In this document: positions 1 to 7,765 of the stretch, piece after piece
Position numbering within the stretch: the first letter of the stretch is position 1
Layout: the number at the start of each line of letters is the position of its first letter
Source: Clostridium sp. CAG:1013
GTDB taxonomy: Bacteria > Bacillota > Clostridia > Oscillospirales > Acutalibacteraceae
Assembly: GCA_000432995.1 (NCBI GenBank)
Contig: HF972654.1
Coordinates: forward strand, 28,839 to 70,836
DNA length: 41,998 bases
Reading direction: 5' to 3'
Position numbers and translations under genes: made by a program
The notes under the pieces: generated by a model
The model's input: only the letters and a program-made list of their open reading frames with translations
Databases searched by the model: none
What the model was told of the DNA's origin: nothing

Positions 1-221
1 AGATTGAAATCTGTGCTTTCCAGAAAGGCCGTTGGCTGCGGCTGGCTGCCCATGCGGTGGAAGATCCCCGCCTGGAAGCCCAGGAGCACATGCTGGAGGC
101 GTATCCCAGCCTGAAGAGAAATTATCAGGCCGGGGACGGGAATACCCAGATCTTCGCCCTGACAAATGTCACCGCCACCTTTTCCTCCTTTACGGAGGAG
201 CCTCGTGTGGTAACCTTCTAA
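1..221 (+). CDS. 3' end of a pyridoxamine 5'-phosphate oxidase-like (NimC/NimA-type) protein, truncated by the window edge
   Basis: Frame starting at nt 3 reads IEICAFQKGRWLRLAAHAVEDPRLEAQEHMLEAYPSLKRNYQAGDGNTQIFALTNVTATFSSFTEEPRVVTF*, with TAA at 219-221 followed by a terminator. Resembles the C-terminus of small clostridial FMN-binding split-barrel proteins. Confidence 0.7.
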   Translation, partial: IEICAFQKGRWLRLAAHAVEDPRLEAQEHMLEAYPSLKRNYQAGDGNTQIFALTNVTATFSSFTEEPRVVTF

Positions 222-226
222 AAAGC

Positions 227-273
227 AAAAGCCCCTTCCGCAAACTTTTCGGTTTTGCGGAGGGGCTTTTTTT
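227..273. terminator. Bidirectional intrinsic terminator
   Basis: AAAAGCCCCTTCCGCAAA...TTTGCGGAGGGGCTTTTTTT between convergent genes. Confidence 0.85.
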
Positions 274-1143
274 CTAGTTTATAGACTGATACCAGGTAGG
301 GACAGGATTACGCATGTAATCATACCATTCCAACACTTCTGCTGCTTGTTTTCTCATGGTAGCTATTTCCTGATCCCCAAAGGGAATGGCCCATGGCAGG
401 GAACCCAAAGCGTTGTTGGAAATGTACAGTGCCAGCAGTTTCCAAAATTCCAGAGGAGGGTTTCCTTCAAAGTAGCCGTCTACCATTCCAGACGCAAAAG
501 CAGGGGAGAGCTGAGCGCACCAAACAATCCGGTTGAACTCTTCCCAGGGATCCCCGAAATCGGGCCGATCGAAGTCGATGACATAGAGCTTCCCTTTCTG
601 GATCATCATGTTGCCCACATGAAAATCTCCATGCTGGCAGCACTGGGGGCGTCCCTGGAGCAAGTGCCGGTTTTCCAGTAGATAGCTGATGAACAGATCC
701 CCTTTCTCGTATTGCAGGGGACAGCTGCGGTACATCTTGATCTTACGATCGATCTTTTCGCCGAAGCGCTCCTCCCATGGCGTTAGAGGTGGGGAACAGG
801 GGAGGTCGTGGAGGTGCTTGGCGATCTCTCCCCCTTGAAGTCCTAAGCGGTACTGCTCATTTTGGGTGAGCGAGGGAAGAACTTGCTCCGCCATATCTCC
901 GGGCAGCCATTCTTCCACCCACAGAAGTTGGTCTCCTTCTTTAGATAGCTCCAAAGGCCGACTCACAGGCAAGCCGTTTTCCGCGGCCTGTTTCTGGAAG
1001 AAAAAGGCCTGTCTCAGTTTTTCCTCTCGTGCTAAGGGGCAGATTCTCAGGAAATAACACCTTCCTTCTGGATCCCAAGCCCGGTATTTTTTGTCTCCGG
1101 ACCATCCGTACTCCACAGGTTCCAGTTTGGCGAATTCCATCAA
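274..1143 (-). CDS. Aminoglycoside phosphotransferase (APH)/choline-kinase-like family protein
   Basis: Brenner motif HGDFHVGN plus DFD; AGGAGG RBS upstream. Confidence 0.85.
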   Translation of the reverse strand: MMEFAKLEPVEYGWSGDKKYRAWDPEGRCYFLRICPLAREEKLRQAFFFQKQAAENGLPVSRPLELSKEGDQLLWVEEWLPGDMAEQVLPSLTQNEQYRLGLQGGEIAKHLHDLPCSPPLTPWEERFGEKIDRKIKMYRSCPLQYEKGDLFISYLLENRHLLQGRPQCCQHGDFHVGNMMIQKGKLYVIDFDRPDFGDPWEEFNRIVWCAQLSPAFASGMVDGYFEGNPPLEFWKLLALYISNNALGSLPWAIPFGDQEIATMRKQAAEVLEWYDYMRNPVPTWYQSIN

Positions 1144-1157
1144 GTTCCCTCCTTATC

Positions 1158-1191
1158 AAAAACTGCCGGAGCACTGGCCCCGGCAGTTTTT
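1158..1191 (-). terminator. Intrinsic terminator after prfC
   Basis: AAAAACTGCCGG...CCGGCAGTTTTT inverted repeat directly after the prfC stop. Confidence 0.7.
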
Positions 1192-2787
1192 TTAGTTTTT
1201 GCTGAATTCCGACAGCAGCAAGCCTTCATTGTGTTCCAACGCCCAGTTGATACTCCACTGGTTGGAGAACAGCAGCAGGTAGCGACCCTTCATGTCCTGA
1301 ACCTTTTTGGTGTCAGAGGTGAGATTCAAGGTTTTTAGGTCGATCTCCTCGTTGTCGATCCAACGGATATAGGAGAAAGGCAGAGTCTGCATGGTGATGT
1401 CCACATTGTACTCGTTCTCCATCCGATACTTGAACACGTCGAACTGCAGACTTCCCACCACGCCCACGATGATTTCCTCCATACCGGAGGCGATTTCCTG
1501 GAAGATCTGAATAGCGCCTTCCTGGGCAATCTGGGTGGCGCCCTTGACGAACTGTTTCCGCTTCATGGTGTCCTTTTGGCGCACGAGGCTGAACAGTTCA
1601 GGGGCGAAAGTGGGGATGCCTTCAAAGCGAACCTTTTTCCCAGGAGCGCACAGAGTGTCGCCGATGGAGAACACGCCGGGATCGAACACACCGATGATGT
1701 CTCCCGCGTAGGCTTCCTCGATGATCTCCCGGCTCTGAGCCATCAGCTGCTGAGGCTGAGACAGCTTCATCTTACGGCCGCCCTGAACGTGTTCCACTTC
1801 CATGCCCTTCTCGAATTTGCCGCTGCAAATGCGGATAAAGGCGATGCGGTCCCGGTGAGCTTTGTTCATGTTGGCCTGGATCTTGAACACGAACGCGGAA
1901 AAGTTGGGATCGAAGGGGTCCACCACACCCTGGGCGGTGTTCCGGGACAGGGGAGGAGTAGTCAGTTTTAAGAAGCTCTCCAGGAAAGGCTCCACACCGA
2001 AGTTGGTCAGCGCCGAACCGAAGAACACGGGAGACAGCTTTCCGTGACGGACCTTTTCCAGGTCAAAGTCGTAGCCCGCGCCGTCGATCAGTTCCACGTC
2101 GTCTTGGAGAGTGTTGTACAGGTATTCTCCCACGGCGTCCTTCAAGCCGGGATCATCCAGGGAGAAATCACGTTCCCGAGCCTCTTTCCGACCGGCGTTG
2201 TCTCCGTCGGGCTCAAATTGGAGCACCTGACGCCGCTCCCGGTCGTACACGCCTTTAAAGTCAACACCGGAGCCGATGGGCCAGTTCATGGGGTAGGTGC
2301 CGATGCCCAACTCCTTCTCGATCTCGTCCAACAGATCGTAGGGGCTGCGGGAGTCACGGTCCATTTTATTGATAAAGGTGAAGATGGGAATATCCCGCAT
2401 GACGCACACCTTGAACAGCTTTCGGGTCTGGGCCTCAACACCCTTGGAAGCGTCGATAACCATCACCGCGGAGTCGGCTGCCATCAGGGTACGGTAGGTG
2501 TCCTCGGAGAAGTCCTGGTGGCCAGGGGTGTCCAGAATGTTGATGCAGTAACCGTCGTACTGGAACTGCATCACAGAGGAGGTGACGGAGATACCACGCT
2601 GCTTCTCGATCTCCATCCAGTCAGAGACGGCGTGGCGGGAGTTACGCTTTCCCTTCACCATGCCCGCCAAAGTGATAGCCCCACCGTACAGCAGGAATTT
2701 TTCCGTCAAGGTAGTCTTACCGGCGTCGGGGTGAGAGATGATTGCAAAGGTTCTCCGGCGCTGGATCTCATTTTTCAAATCAGGCAA
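1192..2787 (-). CDS. prfC: Peptide chain release factor 3
   Basis: RRTFAIISHPDAGKTTLTEK, DTPGHQDFSEDTYR and NKMD GTPase motifs; 531 aa; TTG start. Confidence 0.97.
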   Translation of the reverse strand: MPDLKNEIQRRRTFAIISHPDAGKTTLTEKFLLYGGAITLAGMVKGKRNSRHAVSDWMEIEKQRGISVTSSVMQFQYDGYCINILDTPGHQDFSEDTYRTLMAADSAVMVIDASKGVEAQTRKLFKVCVMRDIPIFTFINKMDRDSRSPYDLLDEIEKELGIGTYPMNWPIGSGVDFKGVYDRERRQVLQFEPDGDNAGRKEARERDFSLDDPGLKDAVGEYLYNTLQDDVELIDGAGYDFDLEKVRHGKLSPVFFGSALTNFGVEPFLESFLKLTTPPLSRNTAQGVVDPFDPNFSAFVFKIQANMNKAHRDRIAFIRICSGKFEKGMEVEHVQGGRKMKLSQPQQLMAQSREIIEEAYAGDIIGVFDPGVFSIGDTLCAPGKKVRFEGIPTFAPELFSLVRQKDTMKRKQFVKGATQIAQEGAIQIFQEIASGMEEIIVGVVGSLQFDVFKYRMENEYNVDITMQTLPFSYIRWIDNEEIDLKTLNLTSDTKKVQDMKGRYLLLFSNQWSINWALEHNEGLLLSEFSKN

Positions 2788-2892
2788 AACAAGCCATCCT
2801 TTCTCAAAGTGAAATATGATGTAATATGGGGTAGACAGCGGGCTTTACATGGGAATTCCCTCGCTTTTGAAAAATTGGTCCAAAACTAAAAT

Positions 2893-2921
2893 ATTATATC
2901 ATGGAGGATTGCAAAACGCAA
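2893..2921 (-). promoter_or_regulatory. sigma-A promoter of prfC
   Basis: Minus strand TTGCGT-17 nt-TATAAT with extended TG. Confidence 0.65.
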
Positions 2922-3006
2922 GATTCTTCCTGGTTTTCAGCCGTTAAAAGGTCTGCATAGAGACAAGTTCTCCCGCGTATGTTTCCGTAAAAGGGGGGGC
3001 GGGTCT

Positions 3007-3087
3007 GTGTACCTGATCTTTTTGGGGGCGTACGTGCTGTTAGCGGTGGGGACGGCCCTTCTGGCCGTTTTTATCCGGCGAAGGTAG
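3007..3087 (+). CDS. Unannotated 26-aa single-pass membrane peptide (MYLIFLGAYVLLAVGTALLAVFIRRR)
   Basis: G-rich RBS (AAGGGGGGG) before a GTG start; one hydrophobic helix plus an RRR tail; followed by a terminator with a U-tract on the + strand. Confidence 0.55.
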   Translation: MYLIFLGAYVLLAVGTALLAVFIRRR

Positions 3088-3097
3088 GGTGGGCGTG

Positions 3098-3134
3098 AAA
3101 AAGCTTGGGCAGTGTTTCTGTCCGAGCTTTTTTT
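3098..3134. terminator. Bidirectional intrinsic terminator
   Basis: AAAAAGCTTGGGCAG-TGTTT-CTGTCCGAGCTTTTTTT. Confidence 0.8.
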
Positions 3135-3144
3135 CTTGAGTGTT

Positions 3145-3639
3145 TTAAAACAGGAAAAATCCTCCCTGGCGGACGATCTGACCGATAAAGGCGATAACAA
3201 TGCCCAACAGAGCACCGCAGATCACCTCAATGACCCGGTGGCCCAAGGACTCATTCAGTCGGGGAATCAGATCGTTGAGACGCTTTTTACCCTCTTCTTT
3301 GTCGTCGTTTTCCAGGTACTCCACGATCTGGTTGATGGCTTTGGCGTGAAGCCCAGCCGCCCAGCGGACTCCTGTAGCGTCATACATGACGATAAGGGAC
3401 AGAATAAAGGCCAGCGCAAATACAGGTGACTGGAAACCATAGAGGAAATAGGAGGTCAGTACCACTGAACAGCAGACCGCAGAGTGAGAACTGGGCATGC
3501 CGCCAGCTCCTGCCAGGCGCTGCCGGTTGAAAGAGCGGTGCTTGATGGCATCAATAACGGTCTTGATAAGCTGGGCGCAAAGCCAGGATAGCACGCCAGC
3601 GTTGATGAGGGGATTGGAAAATAAAATCGAAAGATCCAT
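3145..3639 (-). CDS. Divergent PAP2 family membrane protein (DUF212)
   Basis: GGMPSSHSA, VMYDATGVR and ESLGH motifs; upstream minus-strand TTGACA-17-TATCAT promoter. Confidence 0.9.
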   Translation of the reverse strand: MDLSILFSNPLINAGVLSWLCAQLIKTVIDAIKHRSFNRQRLAGAGGMPSSHSAVCCSVVLTSYFLYGFQSPVFALAFILSLIVMYDATGVRWAAGLHAKAINQIVEYLENDDKEEGKKRLNDLIPRLNESLGHRVIEVICGALLGIVIAFIGQIVRQGGFFLF

Positions 3640-3833
3640 ACACAGTTCCGCCTTACCGCAGTTTGCCCTGGAGAAAGCCCACCGCTTTTCATATCTGCCT
3701 TAATGATACCGTATCCCAATAGGAGTGTCAACTGAAATCAGCGCTGGGTAAGGCAAAAAGTTAGTGCCCTTGAAATCACCGGTTTACTGTGATAAACTTT
3801 GTAAGGATCAACAAACAAAAGGGAGGCGATGGC

Positions 3834-4484
3834 ATGGCGGCGCCCAGTCGCAATTATTCCAAAGAACTGGAACGACTGATCCAGCAGCTAGAGCAGGAGG
3901 GACGTGTCCCCCGATTGTTGCTCCACGTTTGCTGCGCTCCCTGTTCCAGTGCCGTATTGGAGTATCTCACACAGTATTTTTCCATTACACTGCTTTATTA
4001 TAACCCTAACATCGCACCCTATGAGGAATATCAAAAGCGGGAAGCGGAGTTGAGAAGACTGGTGTCCCAGATGAATATGGTCCACCCGGTGGAATTGCTT
4101 CCCTGCGATTACGACGGACAAGCCTTTGTGGAGGCCGCTCGAGGACTAGAAAAGGAACCGGAAGGCGGCAAGCGCTGCGAGGAGTGCTTCCGGCTGCGTC
4201 TGCGGTATGCCGCCAGAGAGGCCGCCCGCCTAGGTTTTGACTATTACACCACCACGCTGTCTATATCTCCTTTGAAAAACGCCTCATTGCTGAACCGGTT
4301 GGGGGAGGAGATCGGGGCGGAATTCGGCGTGGCTCATTTGCCTTCGGATTTCAAAAAGAAAAACGGCTACAAGCGCTCTGTGGAGCTTTCTAAGGAATAC
4401 AGTTTGTACCGCCAGGATTATTGCGGCTGTGTCTTTTCCAAGGCGCAGCGCCAGCGGGAAAAAGAAGAAAGGAAGGATCAGTAA
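3834..4484 (+). CDS. queH: Epoxyqueuosine reductase QueH (DUF208)
   Basis: LLHVCCAPCS, YYNPNI, RCEEC, TTTLSISP and YRQDYCGC motifs; GGGAGG RBS places the start at ATG 3834. Confidence 0.92.
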   Translation: MAAPSRNYSKELERLIQQLEQEGRVPRLLLHVCCAPCSSAVLEYLTQYFSITLLYYNPNIAPYEEYQKREAELRRLVSQMNMVHPVELLPCDYDGQAFVEAARGLEKEPEGGKRCEECFRLRLRYAAREAARLGFDYYTTTLSISPLKNASLLNRLGEEIGAEFGVAHLPSDFKKKNGYKRSVELSKEYSLYRQDYCGCVFSKAQRQREKEERKDQ

Positions 4485-5303
4485 GTGTCAGTGTTGCACA
4501 ATGGCGTCACCTACCGGGCAGCGGACGCCCATGCCCATATCTATCCCGGAAAGATCGCGGAAAAGGCTACCGGCTCTGTGGGGGATTTTTACGACATCCC
4601 CATGCAGCATGTGGGGCTGCCCCATGTGCTGGCGCAGCAGGGTGGGGAAGCGGGCATCGACCGTTTCCTGGTGTGTTCTGTGGCCACGAAGGTGGAGCAG
4701 GTCCGGTCCATCAATCAGTTCATTCAAGAGAAATGCGAGAAATATCCCCAATTTCTGGGACTGGCCGCTTGGCATCAGGACGTGGAGGATATTCAGGGGG
4801 AAATGGACGACATCCAGCGCCGTGGTCTTCACGGCATCAAACTCCACCCGGATTTCCAGCGCTTCTTCATCGACGATCCCAAAATGCTTCCTGTCTATGA
4901 GGAGGCCAACCGCCGGGGACTGCCCGTCCTGTTCCATACCGGGGACAGCCGCACGGATTTCTCTACGCCCCGCCGGCTGATGAACGTTATTGAGAAAATT
5001 CCCGACTTCACCTGTATCGCCGCTCATCTGGGGGGATACAGCGAGTGGGAAGACGCTCGCCGGGAGCTTTCCGGAACCAATGTGTACATCGACACTTCCA
5101 GCTCTCTGTTTATGGTCACCCCGGAGCAGGCGCGGAAGAGTATCGAGCATTTTGGAGTGGACCATACTATGTTCGGCACAGATTTCCCCATGTGGAACCC
5201 CACTGAGGAGTTGGAGCGGTTCTTCGCCCTGGGATATGGGGAAGAGGATAACCAGAAAATGCTTTACGACAACTTTGACCGGTTGTTCCACTTGACCGAT
5301 TGA
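4485..5303 (+). CDS. Amidohydrolase family (Amidohydro_2) metal-dependent hydrolase
   Basis: DAHAH, GIKLHP, LFHTG, AHLGG and FGTDFP motifs; abuts the queH stop. Confidence 0.88.
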   Translation: MSVLHNGVTYRAADAHAHIYPGKIAEKATGSVGDFYDIPMQHVGLPHVLAQQGGEAGIDRFLVCSVATKVEQVRSINQFIQEKCEKYPQFLGLAAWHQDVEDIQGEMDDIQRRGLHGIKLHPDFQRFFIDDPKMLPVYEEANRRGLPVLFHTGDSRTDFSTPRRLMNVIEKIPDFTCIAAHLGGYSEWEDARRELSGTNVYIDTSSSLFMVTPEQARKSIEHFGVDHTMFGTDFPMWNPTEELERFFALGYGEEDNQKMLYDNFDRLFHLTD

Positions 5304-5304
5304 G

Positions 5305-6081
5305 ATGGATCAAGTCCGTTTTTTAGAGGCGTGCCGCTGGGCAACCTCGGAGGAAGCAGTCCGACAGGGGATTGGCACCTTGGGGGAAAAGACTCTGCAC
5401 AGCGCTGTGAAATATTATTTCCAGCCGGACCCGGCAAAGCGGGAAGTGAAGCTGGGACCCTACTGGGCTGACGCCGTAGGCGAGGAAGGGATCATAGAGA
5501 TCCAGACCAGGTCCTTGGGGAGACTCCGTCCCAAGCTGGAATACTTTCTGCCTCAGCAGCCGGTGACGGTGGTGCATCCTGTGGCCGCGAAAAAGACAGT
5601 GGTTTGGATCACGGAGGAAGGAGAGACCACGCCGCCCCGAAAAAGTCCTCTAAAGCCCACCGCCGGACAAGTTCTTTGGGAGCTTTACCCGTTGCGAGAT
5701 CTGCTTTCCCATCCTAATTTGCGGCTGTGTGTGCTGTTGTTGGAGGTGGAGGAATACCGGTTGCTAAACGGCTGGAGCAGAGATAAAAAACGTGGCGCTA
5801 CCCGGTTCGACAGGATGCCTGTATCCCTGCTGGGAGAGGTTTGGGTCCGAGAGCCAAAAGAGTATAGCCACCTTTTGCCGGAGGGACTGCCGGGTCTTTT
5901 TACTTCCCGGGAACTAGGGAAAGCCGTGGGGCTGTCCCCGAAAAAAGCCACAGTGGCTGCCAATGTGCTGCGGAATCTAGGGGCGATCCGCCAAGAGGGT
6001 AAAAAGGGGAACGCCTATTTGTATACGGTCTCGGAACCAGGCACTGGGCCGGTTGCCGAAACTGACACAACGTCGATTTGA
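5305..6081 (+). CDS. Conserved hypothetical protein with a PD-(D/E)XK-like nuclease core and C-terminal winged HTH
   Basis: IGTLGEKTLH...EV...ADA...IIEIQT pattern; C-terminal FTSRELGKAVGLS..KA...LRNLGAI..GKKGNAYLY. Confidence 0.65.
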   Translation: MDQVRFLEACRWATSEEAVRQGIGTLGEKTLHSAVKYYFQPDPAKREVKLGPYWADAVGEEGIIEIQTRSLGRLRPKLEYFLPQQPVTVVHPVAAKKTVVWITEEGETTPPRKSPLKPTAGQVLWELYPLRDLLSHPNLRLCVLLLEVEEYRLLNGWSRDKKRGATRFDRMPVSLLGEVWVREPKEYSHLLPEGLPGLFTSRELGKAVGLSPKKATVAANVLRNLGAIRQEGKKGNAYLYTVSEPGTGPVAETDTTSI

Positions 6082-6109
6082 GGACGTTTGAAAAAGGAGA
6101 TCAAGATTT

Positions 6110-7252
6110 ATGACATTCTATCTGAAGGTAGTGTGGCAGGCGGTAATGGTGTTTCCGTTTGCTGCGGCTGTGATCGCGCTGCCTTTTCTCATTCATCATT
6201 ACAGGAAATACGGTAGCATGACCTTCGCTCGTTTTTTCCTAGCTTATTCTTTTGTGCTCTATGGACTTTGCGCCTACTTTCTGGTGATCCTGCCCCTGCC
6301 CAGCAGGGAAGCGGTAGCTCAAATGACAGGCCCCAGCACCCAGCTGATCCCTTTCAGCTTTTTTCGGGATCTGCATAAAGAGACTGGATTCCTGTTAGAT
6401 GATCCGTCCACCTATCTGCCCGCTCTGCTCAGCACCTTTACACTGCAATTCCTGTTCAATATAGCGTTGCTGGTTCCTTTGGGGTTTTATTTGCGGTATT
6501 ATTTCCGCAGGAAGATGCTGTCCGCTGTGCTTATCTCTCTTGGAGTCAGTCTGTTCTTTGAGTTCACCCAGCTTTCGGGGCTGTATGGCTTCTATCCCAG
6601 AGCCTACCGACTGTTTGATGTGGACGACCTCCTGTGCAATACTCTGGGAGGCTTCTTAGGATATGTGCTTACTGGACCGCTGATGAAAATCCTTCCGGAT
6701 CGGGATAAGATCGACGAACGCTCCTACCAAAAAGGGGAGCGGGTTACATTTACCCGACGGGGACTCTCTTATCTGGTGGACCTGTTTTTCTGGTCGATCC
6801 TTTACGTTGTGACTTCCAGATTCGTCTCTTGGCAGGCTCTTGCGTTTGGCCTTTCCTACCTGCTTTATTTCGGCTTGTTTCAATGGGCATGCGGTGGGAA
6901 AAGTTTGGGAAAACGCCTTACAAAGATTTGCGTAGTCAATCAGAACGGCACACGGGTGCTCCTCTGGCGTTGTCTGCTACGCTATGGGTTGCTGGTGGTA
7001 TTTCTTGAGGCATATTGGGCTGTGGCCTGGCTGTTTTCTCTCACCTCGTCCCTGGCGTTTGGTTCAGAGTTTTTGTCCCTTTTTCTGGTGAGTCTTTGGT
7101 TTCTTGCCGGTGTCTTCGTTCTGCTTTTGGAAACGGTGATGAACCGATCTTCCCAGACGGGAAGAGATTACCTGTACGGCAGGCTTTCCGGTACTCGCCT
7201 TGCCAGTACCGTGCTGCGCCAACCGGAACCGATTCCTCCTGCTCAACCGTAA
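6110..7252 (+). CDS. VanZ family membrane protein with C-terminal RDD domain
   Basis: NIALLVPLG, SLFFEFTQL and RLFDVDDLLCNTLGG (VanZ); RRGLSYLVD and GKSLGKR (RDD). Confidence 0.9.
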   Translation: MTFYLKVVWQAVMVFPFAAAVIALPFLIHHYRKYGSMTFARFFLAYSFVLYGLCAYFLVILPLPSREAVAQMTGPSTQLIPFSFFRDLHKETGFLLDDPSTYLPALLSTFTLQFLFNIALLVPLGFYLRYYFRRKMLSAVLISLGVSLFFEFTQLSGLYGFYPRAYRLFDVDDLLCNTLGGFLGYVLTGPLMKILPDRDKIDERSYQKGERVTFTRRGLSYLVDLFFWSILYVVTSRFVSWQALAFGLSYLLYFGLFQWACGGKSLGKRLTKICVVNQNGTRVLLWRCLLRYGLLVVFLEAYWAVAWLFSLTSSLAFGSEFLSLFLVSLWFLAGVFVLLLETVMNRSSQTGRDYLYGRLSGTRLASTVLRQPEPIPPAQP

Positions 7253-7271
7253 ATAAAGAAAGGATGGTTTT

Positions 7272-7541
7272 ATGGAACGCCAACTGGAGCTTCAGAAATT
7301 CCACTATTTTGATGAAGGCAATACCTATGCCGGTCAAAAAACCAAGGATCCTGATCGGGGTGCGCTGCTTCGTTATTTGGTGACTCCCGATAAAGAGGCT
7401 GCTCTGATTCGGGCTTACTGCTGGACAGAGGACCTTTGCTTTGACCGAGCCCAGAACAAACAGGAAAAAGAGTACCCCCTTACTGAAGAAGGACTGGACA
7501 AGGCCGTGGAATGGCTGGAGGGGGAATATCAGGCACTGTGA
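7272..7541 (+). CDS. Small conserved hypothetical protein
   Basis: 89 aa, AAGGA RBS, same strand and tight spacing in the operon. Confidence 0.75.
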   Translation: MERQLELQKFHYFDEGNTYAGQKTKDPDRGALLRYLVTPDKEAALIRAYCWTEDLCFDRAQNKQEKEYPLTEEGLDKAVEWLEGEYQAL

Positions 7542-7560
7542 TGAAAGCCGCAAAAGGCAG

Positions 7561-7589
7561 TTGACAAAAGTTGGTTCATTAGGTATCAT
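7561..7589 (+). promoter_or_regulatory. sigma-A promoter of the ABC operon
   Basis: TTGACA-17 nt-TATCAT. Confidence 0.85.
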
Positions 7590-7595
7590 AGTAAA

Positions 7596-7745
7596 GCGTT
7601 TTAGCACATATCCGGCAGGAAGCCGGACCAGGCGCCCAAGGTGCCGGCTGTTATGCATAAGATCTATGAATTCAACTTAGCTTAGCCAAAAGATACCAGG
7701 AAGGTGTCTGCTTTTCGTGAGGAAAAGCGGACGCCTTCTTTTTTT
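7596..7745 (+). ncRNA. Candidate cis-regulatory leader RNA (riboswitch/attenuator) of unknown class
   Basis: Hairpins 7611-7627, 7631-7645, 7646-7687 and 7691-7709; the last overlaps a strong terminator at 7700-7745 upstream of the first gene. Confidence 0.65.
7700..7745 (+). terminator. Attenuator terminator in the 5' leader
   Basis: GAAGGTGTCTGCTTTTC-GTGAG-GAAAAGCGGACGCCTTC followed by T7, ~20 nt before the start codon. Confidence 0.85.
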
Positions 7746-7765
7746 GCGAAAGGAGCAATGAAAGG

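Noticed and set aside
32..277. 81-aa ORF in the track
   Set aside because: Wrong frame; the real coding frame is 3-221, and this ORF runs through the terminator
2937..3215. 92-aa minus-strand ORF
   Set aside because: Crosses a terminator, has no RBS and no protein-like features; the + strand micro-ORF explains the region better
6110..7252. VanZ and APH-family (274-1143) genes as acquired antibiotic resistance
   Set aside because: Both belong to widespread chromosomal families; there is no van cluster or mobile context, and resistance cannot be inferred from sequence
7605..7700. SAM-I or NiCo riboswitch call for the ABC leader (TATC...AAGGTGCC...AGATA; CAGGC...GCCGG)
   Set aside because: Lacks the AUCAAGAG and GCAACC bulge of SAM-I and the CUGAG/GUGGGACAG ends of NiCo; kept as an unknown motif
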